This document shows positions 1 through 7,081 of a DNA stretch of 14,799 bases, piece after piece (the first letter of the stretch is position 1; each line of letters starts with the position of its first letter). The position numbers and the translations under genes are program-made. The stretch comes from Myxococcales bacterium. Its GTDB lineage: Bacteria; Myxococcota; Myxococcia; Myxococcales; Anaeromyxobacteraceae. The notes under the pieces were generated by a model. The model searched no databases and had not been told where the DNA came from. It was given only the letters and a program-made list of their open reading frames with translations. The stretch spans positions 1 to 14,799 of the forward strand of contig JBBQEB010000095.1 in the NCBI GenBank assembly GCA_038320275.1. Reading direction: 5' to 3'.

Positions 1-1
1 C

Positions 2-595
2 GCGCGCGAGCGCGATCAGCTTGCCGTCGATGCTCCCAGGCGCGAGCGCTCGCGGAACGCGCTCCTCGTGGAGCACGAGGGTGGCCGCGCCGGTGGGGAA
101 GCGGGCCCGGAACGCCTGCCACGCCGTGGTCCGGAACTCCGCCTCGCTGGCGATCTCGGACAGGGCCACCTCCGCCGCGAGCTCGTCGAGCTCCGGGCGC
201 GGCGCTTCCTCCACCCGGAACCACCCCGAGTCCCACAGGAAGGCGTCGAGCAGGGTCTCGCGAATCTTGAGGGCCAGCGTCTCCTTCAGCACCTCGGCGG
301 ACACGAGGCCCACCATCGCGAGCACCTTGCCCAGGCGCACCTTCGTCTCCTGCTGGGTCTCGAAGGCCTTGGCGAGATCTTCCTCGGTGAGGTGGCCGAA
401 GTTCATCAGGAGCTGGCCCAGGTATTCGCGGGGATCATTCGACGAGGCGCCGACCGCCACGCCCTCGACGAGCGACACCGTCTTCCGCACCGTGCCGCGC
501 TCGCAGGTGAGGTCGCCCGAGATCTTGCGGCGCCCGAGAACCTCCACGAGGTCGGCGATGGGCATGAAGGCGAAGGTTCCCATGAGGCCGCGCAT
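2..595 (-). CDS. DUF4388 (PATAN-like) domain protein with MshEN-like helical repeats, 3'-truncated by window edge
   Basis: Not in ORF track because no stop lies inside the window. Manual translation from ATG 595: MRGLMGTFAFMPIADLVEVLGRRKISGDLTCERGTVRKTVSLVEGVAVGASSNDPREYLGQLLMNFGHLTEEDLAKAFETQQETKVRLGKVLAMVGLV...LLDAFLWDSGWFRVEE. The G-x-F...L.DL...L...K.SG.L start and the 'W.SG.F' end are typical of DUF4388. Third positions are strongly G/C. Confidence 0.85.
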   Translation of the reverse strand, partial: MRGLMGTFAFMPIADLVEVLGRRKISGDLTCERGTVRKTVSLVEGVAVGASSNDPREYLGQLLMNFGHLTEEDLAKAFETQQETKVRLGKVLAMVGLVSAEVLKETLALKIRETLLDAFLWDSGWFRVEEAPRPELDELAAEVALSEIASEAEFRTTAWQAFRARFPTGAATLVLHEERVPRALAPGSIDGKLIALAR

Positions 596-663
596 CGGCG
601 GGAGTGTCGCCCGGCCTGCGGTGTGGCAGCAAGCGGCGGGCGCGTGTAGACACAAGGGACCTC

Positions 664-1296
664 ATGGCCCGGTCGCCGCGATCGCGTAGCACGGTGGTGG
701 CGCTGGCGCTCCTCGCGGCGGTCGTGGCGGGCTTCGCGGGCGTGCAATCGTACGAGTCCTTCGTCGAGCGGCCGCGGCGCCTGGCGGCCGCGGAGGGGCT
801 GGCCGACGCCGCCTTCGAGATCCTCCCGGCCGACGTCCCCGCGCCCGACGTGGCGCTGCGAGGCCGCGACGGCAAGGCGTTCTCCATCGCGGAGATGAAG
901 GGCCAGGTGGTGTTCGTGAACTTCTGGGCCACCTGGTGCCCGCCCTGCCGCGCGGAGATGCCCACCATGCTGCAGCTCGGGCGCGAGCTCACCCGCGCCC
1001 ACCCCGGAAAGTTCCGCATGGTGGCGGTCTCCTCGGACGAATCGTGGAAGGAGATCGACGCCTACCTCCTCGAGGCCTTTGGCGGGCAGCCGCCGGAGCT
1101 GACGGTGGCGCTCGACACCCAGGCCGCCGTGGCTCGGGCCTACTACTGCCTCGCGCGGGGCACCTGCCCGCCGATCCAGTTCCCAGAGACCTACATCGTC
1201 GACAAGGGGGGGAAGCTGGTGGGCTACGTCGTGGCCGACCGCAACTGGAGCGACCCCGCGGCGCGGCGGTACCTCGAGAAGCTCATCGAAAAGTGA
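664..1296 (+). CDS. TlpA/ResA-family thiol-disulfide oxidoreductase, N-terminally membrane anchored
   Basis: VVFVNFWATWCPPCRAEMP active-site motif, FPETYIVDK cis-Pro loop, hydrophobic anchor VVALALLAAVVAGFAGV. ATG 664 follows AAGGGA. Confidence 0.92.
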   Translation: MARSPRSRSTVVALALLAAVVAGFAGVQSYESFVERPRRLAAAEGLADAAFEILPADVPAPDVALRGRDGKAFSIAEMKGQVVFVNFWATWCPPCRAEMPTMLQLGRELTRAHPGKFRMVAVSSDESWKEIDAYLLEAFGGQPPELTVALDTQAAVARAYYCLARGTCPPIQFPETYIVDKGGKLVGYVVADRNWSDPAARRYLEKLIEK

Positions 1297-1334
1297 GTCG
1301 GTCCTGGCGGTTGCGCGCCTCGGGCGGTCGTTGG

Positions 1335-1378
1335 GGCTCGGTCACGGGCGGGCTGGGGGCCGAGCCGGCGCCCGCTTT
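1335..1378 (+). terminator. GC-rich hairpin(s) downstream of tlpA-like gene, possible terminator
   Basis: GGCTCGGTC(1335-1343)/GGCCGAGCC(1358-1366) stem, or alternative GCGGGC(1348-1353)/GCCCGC(1370-1375) followed by TTT. The U-tract is short. Confidence 0.3.
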
Positions 1379-1381
1379 CGG

Positions 1382-1411
1382 TTGAAGATCGCTGCCCTGC
1401 GGCGCTAGAAC
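1382..1411 (+). promoter_or_regulatory. Putative sigma70-type promoter for the 1462-8047 cluster
   Basis: TTGAAG(1382-1387)-18 bp-TAGAAC(1406-1411); A/T-containing hexamers stand out in the GC-rich background. Confidence 0.45.
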
Positions 1412-1461
1412 CCGTGGATTCGACGCAGCAATTCTCCTCTCCACACGAGAGCGGAGGGCGC

Positions 1462-2451
1462 TTGGCGCAGGCGGCGGAGGGCATCCCGGTTGTGCTGATG
1501 GGCCTCGGCCGCGTCGGCCGGGCGATCGCGCGAGCCGCGCTGGAGCGCGCGGATCTGCGCATCGTCGGGGCGGTGGATCCTGCGCACGCAGGGCGGAGGC
1601 TCGACGAGGTGCTCGGTGCCGGGGCTCCAGCCCTCGAGGTCGCGAAGGATCCGGCCGCGGCGCTGAAGGCAGGGAGGGGCGGGGTGGTCCTGCACGCCAC
1701 CGGGTCGTCCTTCGCGCTCGCGCTGCCCCAGCTCGAGCGCGCCGTCGGGGCGGGGCTCTCGGTCGCGTCGGCGTGCGAGGAGCTCGCCTATCCCTGGCTG
1801 CGCCACGAGAAGGAGTGCGAAGCGCTCGACCGGGCCTGCGAGGCGAAGGACGTGGCGGTGGTCGGCGTCGGCTCGAATCCTGGCTTCGCGCTCGATCGGC
1901 TGCCCGCCTTCCTGTCGCAGGTCATGGGCCATGTGCGCCACGTCCGGGCCACGCGCGTGCAGGAGGCGGCGGGGTCTCCGGGGCTCCTGCGCAAGGCAGG
2001 CGCCGGCCTCGGCGAGGATGCCTTCCACGAAGCGCTCGAGCGCGGAGAGGTGGGCCACGTCGGGCTGGTGGAGTCGGCGGCACTGGCAGCGCTCGGCTGC
2101 GGTTTCGAGCTCGATGAAGTGGAGGAGGACGTCGAGCCGGTGCTCGCTTCCGAGGACCTCGTCCGCCCGGGGGAGCCCACCATCCGCGCGGGCCAGGTCT
2201 GCGGCTACCGGCAGGTGGTGCGCGGCTTCGCGGACGGCGCCGAGCGCGTGCAGCTCGAGGTGCTCCTGGCCGCGGGGGCAGAGGACCCCCGCGACGAGGT
2301 GGAGCTGGACGGCGACCGCCCCATCCGCGCGCTCCTCCGCGGCGGGCTGCCGGACGAGGAGGCCACGGCGTGGGCGGTGGTGAACGCTGCCCCCGCCCTC
2401 GTCATGATGCGTGGCCTCGTCACCATCCTCGATCTCCCCGCGGGAAGGTAG
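1462..2451 (+). CDS. NAD(P)-dependent oxidoreductase, DapB-N / 2,4-diaminopentanoate dehydrogenase (Ord, native amine dehydrogenase)-like
   Basis: Rossmann VVLMGLGRVG, SACEELAYPW, GVGSNPGFALDRLP, GHVGLVESA and C-terminal ATAWAVVNAAP...GLVTILDLP. TTG 1462 chosen (GGAGG at 1453-1457, downstream of the predicted promoter); GTG 1414 is the alternative start. Confidence 0.8.
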   Translation: MAQAAEGIPVVLMGLGRVGRAIARAALERADLRIVGAVDPAHAGRRLDEVLGAGAPALEVAKDPAAALKAGRGGVVLHATGSSFALALPQLERAVGAGLSVASACEELAYPWLRHEKECEALDRACEAKDVAVVGVGSNPGFALDRLPAFLSQVMGHVRHVRATRVQEAAGSPGLLRKAGAGLGEDAFHEALERGEVGHVGLVESAALAALGCGFELDEVEEDVEPVLASEDLVRPGEPTIRAGQVCGYRQVVRGFADGAERVQLEVLLAAGAEDPRDEVELDGDRPIRALLRGGLPDEEATAWAVVNAAPALVMMRGLVTILDLPAGR

Positions 2452-2461
2452 GAGCGTAACG

Positions 2462-2899
2462 ATGCTGGACAGATCCCTCATTGGCCGCGAGAGCGAGCCC
2501 GTCGTGGTGGAGGTGGAGAGGGGCGCCATCCGGCGCTTCGCCGATGCCATCGGCGACCCCAATCCGATCTACGCCGAGGAGGAGGCGGCGCGCGCGGCCG
2601 GCCACCCGGCGCTGGCGGCGCCGCCCACCTTCCCGACCGTGCTCACGCTGAACGAGCGCTTTCGCCACGCGCTCGATCTCGGTACCCGCGCCTTCCTCCA
2701 CGGCGAGCAGCAGATCGAGTACGTGAGACCGCTCGTCGCCGGCGACCGCATCACCGTGAAATCGCGCGTGGCCGACGTCCAGGAGCGCGCGGGTGGCGGC
2801 GGCCCGACCGACATCCTCATCCTGGAGGACGAGGGGCGCGACGCGCAGGGCGCGGTGGTGTTCCGCACCCGCGAGATCCTCCTCCTCCGCAGAAGCTAG
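2462..2899 (+). CDS. MaoC-family dehydratase N-terminal-type (HadA-like) hotdog protein
   Basis: VERGAIRRFADAIGDPNPIY, APPTF and LHGEQQIEYVRPLVAGD motifs; GGAG at 2451-2454 before ATG 2462. Confidence 0.88.
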   Translation: MLDRSLIGRESEPVVVEVERGAIRRFADAIGDPNPIYAEEEAARAAGHPALAAPPTFPTVLTLNERFRHALDLGTRAFLHGEQQIEYVRPLVAGDRITVKSRVADVQERAGGGGPTDILILEDEGRDAQGAVVFRTREILLLRRS

Positions 2900-2907
2900 A
2901 GGTTCTC

Positions 2908-4038
2908 ATGGCGCTGCTCGCACGACAGCTCTACTTCGAGGCGGTCAAGGTGGGCGACGAGCTGCCGCCGCTCGTGAAGCCCCCCGTCGATCGCATGCAG
3001 ATCGCGCGCTATGCCGGCGCGAGCGGCGACTACAACCCGCTCAGCGTCGACGAGCACCTCGCCCGGAACGCCGGGTTTCCGAGCGCCCTCGCGCCAGGGA
3101 TGCTCGCCATGGGATTCATCGGCGAGCTGGTGGTCGACTGGCTGCGCGGTGCCCGGCTGCGCCGCTTCACGTCGAAGTTCGTCAAGATCATCTGGCCGGG
3201 CGACGTGCTCACCGCGCGAGGCCGCGTCGTCGATCGCCGCTTCGAGGGCGAGGGCTCCTACGCCATCGACCTCGAGGTCTGGGCCGAGAATCAGCGCGGC
3301 GAGCTCATCGCGAAGGGCCTCGTGACGGCCCAGCTCTACTACAGCGCGGAGGACGACGCCCAGCAGCGCGGTGGCGGAGCGCCGCTCGTGGTGACCGCTG
3401 CGGAAGAGGAGGCGCGCCTTGCAAAGCTGTCGCGGGCTCAGCCTCCGCGGCGCGTCGAGCCGCCCCCGCCTGCGCCACGCCCCGCGACGCCGCCTGCGCA
3501 GCGCCCCGCGGCCGTGGTGCGACCCGCCGACCCGCAGCCCGAGCTGGCGCGAGCTCCTGCCCTCGGGGCCGCCCAGGCGTCCGTCGGCCCCACGGCCTCC
3601 TCCGTTGCGAAGCCACCCGCGGCCGCAAAGGTGCCCGTCCTTTCGAAGGCGCCTGCCGCCCCGAAGGCGCCCGGCCCCGCAAAGACGTCCGCACCCGCAA
3701 AGACGTCCGCACCCGCAAAGGCGTCCGGTCCCCCCAAGGCGCCCGCCCCCGCGCCGGGCACGGCGCCCGCCCGCGCCGCGCCTCCCGCGAAGGCCTCCTC
3801 GAAGCTGGCGCACGGCGCGGCCCGTCCGCCGACAGCCGCGCGCAGCGCTCCGCCGACCCTCACCCGCAGGCCCACAGAATCACCTGGCAAGCGGCCAGCC
3901 GCCGTCGCCCTGGCGGCGCACAAGGCCCCCCCCTCGCGCCCCGCCGCTCCGCGCCCGCCGGCCCGCGTCAAGCCCGCCGCGCGCGCGAGCCGCTCGGCCA
4001 TCTCGGCACACGAGCCCAGCGGCAAGAAGCGCAGGTGA
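2908..4038 (+). CDS. MaoC/HadB-like hotdog dehydratase domain fused to a long Pro/Ala/Lys/Arg-rich tail
   Basis: FEAVKVGDELPPL...YAGASGDYNPLSVDE...ARNAGFP..LAPGML...KFVKIIWPGDVLTARGRV, then about 200 aa of low-complexity basic sequence ending SGKKRR; AGAGG upstream. Confidence 0.85.
   Translation: MALLARQLYFEAVKVGDELPPLVKPPVDRMQIARYAGASGDYNPLSVDEHLARNAGFPSALAPGMLAMGFIGELVVDWLRGARLRRFTSKFVKIIWPGDVLTARGRVVDRRFEGEGSYAIDLEVWAENQRGELIAKGLVTAQLYYSAEDDAQQRGGGAPLVVTAAEEEARLAKLSRAQPPRRVEPPPPAPRPATPPAQRPAAVVRPADPQPELARAPALGAAQASVGPTASSVAKPPAAAKVPVLSKAPAAPKAPGPAKTSAPAKTSAPAKASGPPKAPAPAPGTAPARAAPPAKASSKLAHGAARPPTAARSAPPTLTRRPTESPGKRPAAVALAAHKAPPSRPAAPRPPARVKPAARASRSAISAHEPSGKKRR
3604..3747 (+). repeat. 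18-bp coding tandem repeat, 8 degenerate units (xxKxxx hexapeptides)
   Basis: Exact CCCGCAAAGACGTCCGCA at 3676-3693 and 3694-3711, near-copy at 3712-3729. Peptide: VAKPPA AAKVPV LSKAPA APKAPG PAKTSA PAKTSA PAKASG PPKAPA. Confidence 0.85.
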
Positions 4039-4065
4039 TCGCCCCCTCGCAACGAAGGCTCGACC

Positions 4066-4941
4066 ATGGGTGAGGCGTCTTTCCTGGGGCTGGCGCTGTG
4101 GCTCGCCGCCTCGCCGGGCCAGCCCGCGCCGGCTCCAGCGGGCGAACGTCCCCCTCCAGCGGCCGCTCCGGCCCAGGCGGCGCTGACTCCACCTCCCGAG
4201 CCGCTCCAGGCCGCGGCGTCGGACTACGCCAGGCGCAACGATCTCAACCGCCTCGACTCCTCCATCGAGCGCTACCGCGAGGCGTCGCGCCTCCGGCCCG
4301 GCAGCGCCGCCGCCGAGCTCGGGCTCGCGCGCGCCCTCGCGTTCCGGGCGCAATCGACGCGGCGAACGGCAAGGGTGGATTGGGGGGAGTCGGCCCGGGC
4401 CGCCGAGCGCGCGCTCCGCGAGGCGGCGCCGGCCTGGGCAGCCTCCATCGATCGGGGTGAGACGCCGGAGCGCGCAGCGGCGCTCGTCCCCCGGGGTGGC
4501 GCCGAGCCGCTCTACTGGCTCGCGCTGGGGACCATGGGCCTGGCGGAGGCCCGCGGGATGGCGGCCGTCCTCGCGGTGAAGGACGGAGCGCGCGCGATGA
4601 TGGAGCGGGCCGCGGAGCTCGACGAGCGGGTGGACGCCGGCGGTCCCCGGCGCGCGCTGGGCGCCTGGGTCGCGACGCTACCCTCGGCGGCGGGGGGCGG
4701 CGCCGCCGCGGCGAGGGCGCACTTCGCGCGCGCGCGCGGCGTCGCTCCCGCCGCCCAGCTCACGCCCTTGCGCGAGGCGGCGACGCTGGCGGTGCTCGTC
4801 CAGGACGGGGCGCGCTTCGACGCCCTCCTCCGCGAGGTGCTGGCCTTCGACCCGGCCCGCGCTCCGGAACTGGCCCCGGAGAACAGGCTCGCCCAGCGGC
4901 TCGCGCGCGAGCTCGCCGCGCGCAGGGGCCGCCTGTTTTGA
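4066..4941 (+). CDS. TRAP transporter TatT-component-like TPR protein, probably exported
   Basis: All-helical. LYWLAL...ARAMMERAAELDERVDAGGPRRALGAWVATLPSAAGGG...AHFARA...LAVLVQDGARFDALLREVL...PENRLAQRLARELAARRGRLF resembles the TatT C-terminal half. Hydrophobic N-terminus. Confidence 0.7.
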   Translation: MGEASFLGLALWLAASPGQPAPAPAGERPPPAAAPAQAALTPPPEPLQAAASDYARRNDLNRLDSSIERYREASRLRPGSAAAELGLARALAFRAQSTRRTARVDWGESARAAERALREAAPAWAASIDRGETPERAAALVPRGGAEPLYWLALGTMGLAEARGMAAVLAVKDGARAMMERAAELDERVDAGGPRRALGAWVATLPSAAGGGAAAARAHFARARGVAPAAQLTPLREAATLAVLVQDGARFDALLREVLAFDPARAPELAPENRLAQRLARELAARRGRLF

Positions 4942-5852
4942 CGCGCGCCGCGGGTACGGCCGCCCGCCGCGCCGCCATCGCGCTCGCGCTCTCCCTCGCC
5001 GCCTGCGCGCGGGTGCCGCCGGCCGACCTCTCCCGCGACCCGGCTGCGCTCCTCGGCCAGGTCGCCGCCGCCCAGCGCCGCGTCCAGCGCGTGAGCGGCT
5101 CGGCGCGACTCAAGATCGCGTCTCCCGGCCTCTCCGGGACGGTGACCGAGTTCATCGCCGCCGAGAAGCCCGACCGCGTGCACCTCGAGACGCTCGACTT
5201 CTTCGGCAACCCCGCGGCCGTGCTGGTCGCGAGCGGCGGCCAGTTCGCCTTTCTCGACGCGCGGGAGGGCGTGTACTACCAGGGCGACGCGACGCCGGAC
5301 AACGTGTCGCGCCTCCTGCCCATCGCCATCCCTCTCGAGGAGCTGGTGACGCTCCTCTGCGGCTCGGCGCCGCTCCTGCCGGGCGAGCCGCGCGAGGTGG
5401 AGGTGAAGGACGGGCAGGTGCTGCTCCGGATCGCGGCCGCCAGCAACGCGGGCGGAACGCTCGTCCAGACGCTGGCTCTCGGGGAGCTCGCGAGCGTGGA
5501 GTGGTCGCGCCTCCGCCTGCAGGCGCTCGCCGTCCGCGGGGAACGCCCGCGAGAAGCCTCCCCGGCGTACGACCTCGAGTTCGGCCTCTTCCGCCACCGC
5601 GCGTCGGTGCTCTTCCCGACGGAGGTGCACCTCGACGCTCCCGCGGGCCGCTCCCACGTCGACCTGGCATGGAAAGGCGACCTCGAGGTGAACGGACCGC
5701 TCGACCCCTCGCTGTTCCGCCTCGCTCCTCCCAAGGGCGCCCGGGTGGTGAGGCTCGGCGCCGGGGAGGGGCTGCCTGCCGGGGCTCCGCCGCTGCCGGA
5801 GGGCCCGCCGGAGCGAGAGACCGCGCCCGCCCCCCCGGGCTCTTCTCGTTGA
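4938..5852 (+). CDS. Lipoprotein, LolB/LolA-fold (DUF4292-like)
   Basis: TTG start overlapping the upstream stop (TTGA); basic n-region plus lipobox LAAC (Cys codon 5004-5006); KPDRVHLETLDFFGNPAAVL, YYQGDATPDNVSRLL, and C-terminal NGPLDPSLFRLAPPKGARV as seen in LolA/LolB-like folds. Confidence 0.72.
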   Translation: MTRAAGTAARRAAIALALSLAACARVPPADLSRDPAALLGQVAAAQRRVQRVSGSARLKIASPGLSGTVTEFIAAEKPDRVHLETLDFFGNPAAVLVASGGQFAFLDAREGVYYQGDATPDNVSRLLPIAIPLEELVTLLCGSAPLLPGEPREVEVKDGQVLLRIAAASNAGGTLVQTLALGELASVEWSRLRLQALAVRGERPREASPAYDLEFGLFRHRASVLFPTEVHLDAPAGRSHVDLAWKGDLEVNGPLDPSLFRLAPPKGARVVRLGAGEGLPAGAPPLPEGPPERETAPAPPGSSR

Positions 5853-5877
5853 ACGCCGACCACTTTCGGGTAACGCT
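5849..5877 (+). promoter_or_regulatory. Possible internal sigma70-type promoter for exbB/exbD
   Basis: TTGAAC(5849-5854)-16/17 bp-TAACGCT(5871-5877), overlapping the upstream stop codon and the 52-bp gap. Confidence 0.3.
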
Positions 5878-5904
5878 CTCCTGCGCGTCCGGAGTCGCGC
5901 CCCC

Positions 5905-6591
5905 TTGAACTACGACATCTTCGGCCTCCTCAAGACCAGCGTAGCGCTGTGGCTCATCGGCCTCTGCTCGGTGGCTTCGCTCGGCGTCGCGGTGGAGCGA
6001 GCCTTCGCCCTCTGGCGCTTCGGAGAACGAGCCCGCTCGCTCGCCGACGCGGTCGCGCGGGCGCTCTTTCGCGGTGATCGCGAGGATGCCCGGGCCCAGT
6101 GCGAGCGCTCCAGCTCGCCGGCGGCGGAGGTCTTCCTGGCCGGGCTGATGGCGAGCTCGCCCCAGCCCGCCGCTCCGGGCCGGCCGCCGCGGGTGCCCAC
6201 GCGCGAGCGCGTGCTGGCGGCGGTGGATCGCGAGCGCCAGCAGCTGAATTTGAAATTGCGCGCCCACCTCTGGCTGCTCGGCACCATCGGCGCCACCGCC
6301 CCCTTCATCGGGCTATTCGGCACGGTCATCGGCATCATGCAGGCCTTCAAGCAGATGGCCGCAACCGGCCAGGGCGGCTTCGGGGTGGTGGCGGCCGGCA
6401 TCTCGGAGGCCCTGGTGACCACCGCGGGCGGCATCGCGGTGGCCATCGAGGCAGTGGTGCTGTTCAACTTCCTCAACACGCACGTGGGAAAGCTCGCCCT
6501 CCAGTTCAAGCTCCTGGCGGAGGAGTACCTCGACACGCTGGAGGAATCGCTCCCGGCCCCGCCGGCCCGCGCCCGCGAGGAGAGCGCCTGA
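5905..6591 (+). CDS. MotA/TolQ/ExbB proton channel family protein
   Basis: Three TM segments; LGTIGATAPFIGLFGTVIGIMQAF and VAAGISEALVTTAGG signature motifs; TTG start with GGAG upstream. Confidence 0.93.
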   Translation: MNYDIFGLLKTSVALWLIGLCSVASLGVAVERAFALWRFGERARSLADAVARALFRGDREDARAQCERSSSPAAEVFLAGLMASSPQPAAPGRPPRVPTRERVLAAVDRERQQLNLKLRAHLWLLGTIGATAPFIGLFGTVIGIMQAFKQMAATGQGGFGVVAAGISEALVTTAGGIAVAIEAVVLFNFLNTHVGKLALQFKLLAEEYLDTLEESLPAPPARAREESA

Positions 6592-6592
6592 C

Positions 6593-7051
6593 ATGGCGAT
6601 GAGCGGCCCGGGAAGCGACGACGGCGACGGGGAAGGGGGCGGTGGGATCTTCGCCGACATCAACATCACGCCACTCACCGACATCTTCCTGGTGCTCCTC
6701 ATCATCTTCATGGTGACCACCACCGCCATCGCCGAGTCGAGCGGGCAGAACGGCGGCCTCAAGGTGAACCTGCCGCGCGGCGGGAAGAGCGAGTCGCTCG
6801 GCCCCGTGCACGACCTCGCCATCGCCGTGCTGGAGGACGGCCGCACGGTGGTGGGCGGCAAGGTGGTCGACGAGGGCGCGCTCGCCCAGACGCTCGACCG
6901 CGCCCGCTCCGAGAACCCCGACACGCTGGTGCTGGTGCAGGCAGATCAGGGCGTCGCCCATGGCAAGGTCGTGGCGGTCATGGAGCTCGCTCGCCGGCAC
7001 GGACTCGCGCACCTCGCCATCGCCACCCGCGAGGACACCCGCGCCCCGTGA
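6593..7051 (+). CDS. exbD: Biopolymer transporter ExbD/TolR
   Basis: ADINITPLTDIFLVLLIIFMVT (conserved TM Asp), KVNLP, VLVQADQGVAHGKVVAVM; 1 bp after the ExbB/TolQ gene. Confidence 0.93.
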   Translation: MAMSGPGSDDGDGEGGGGIFADINITPLTDIFLVLLIIFMVTTTAIAESSGQNGGLKVNLPRGGKSESLGPVHDLAIAVLEDGRTVVGGKVVDEGALAQTLDRARSENPDTLVLVQADQGVAHGKVVAVMELARRHGLAHLAIATREDTRAP

Positions 7052-7081
7052 CGCGGTGGGGCCGGCGCCCCTCGACGGTCC

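Noticed and set aside
21..689. + strand ORFs 21..689 and 68..649
   Set aside because: Antisense shadows of the - strand DUF4388 gene; Ser/Arg-rich, no motifs.
1335..1378. Mutually exclusive hairpins as an attenuator or riboswitch
   Set aside because: They lie upstream of the predicted promoter, have no recognisable aptamer, and are easily explained by GC richness.
1870..1884. GGCTCGAATCC resembling a tRNA T-arm
   Set aside because: It lies inside a CDS encoding the conserved GSNPG motif; no cloverleaf.
3604..3747. Tandem repeats as a possible CRISPR array
   Set aside because: 18-bp head-to-tail in-frame units without spacers; no cas genes.
3430..4038. Pro-rich tail as the missing TonB/TolA
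   Set aside because: No TM anchor or TonB C-terminal domain; it is fused to a cytoplasmic MaoC domain.
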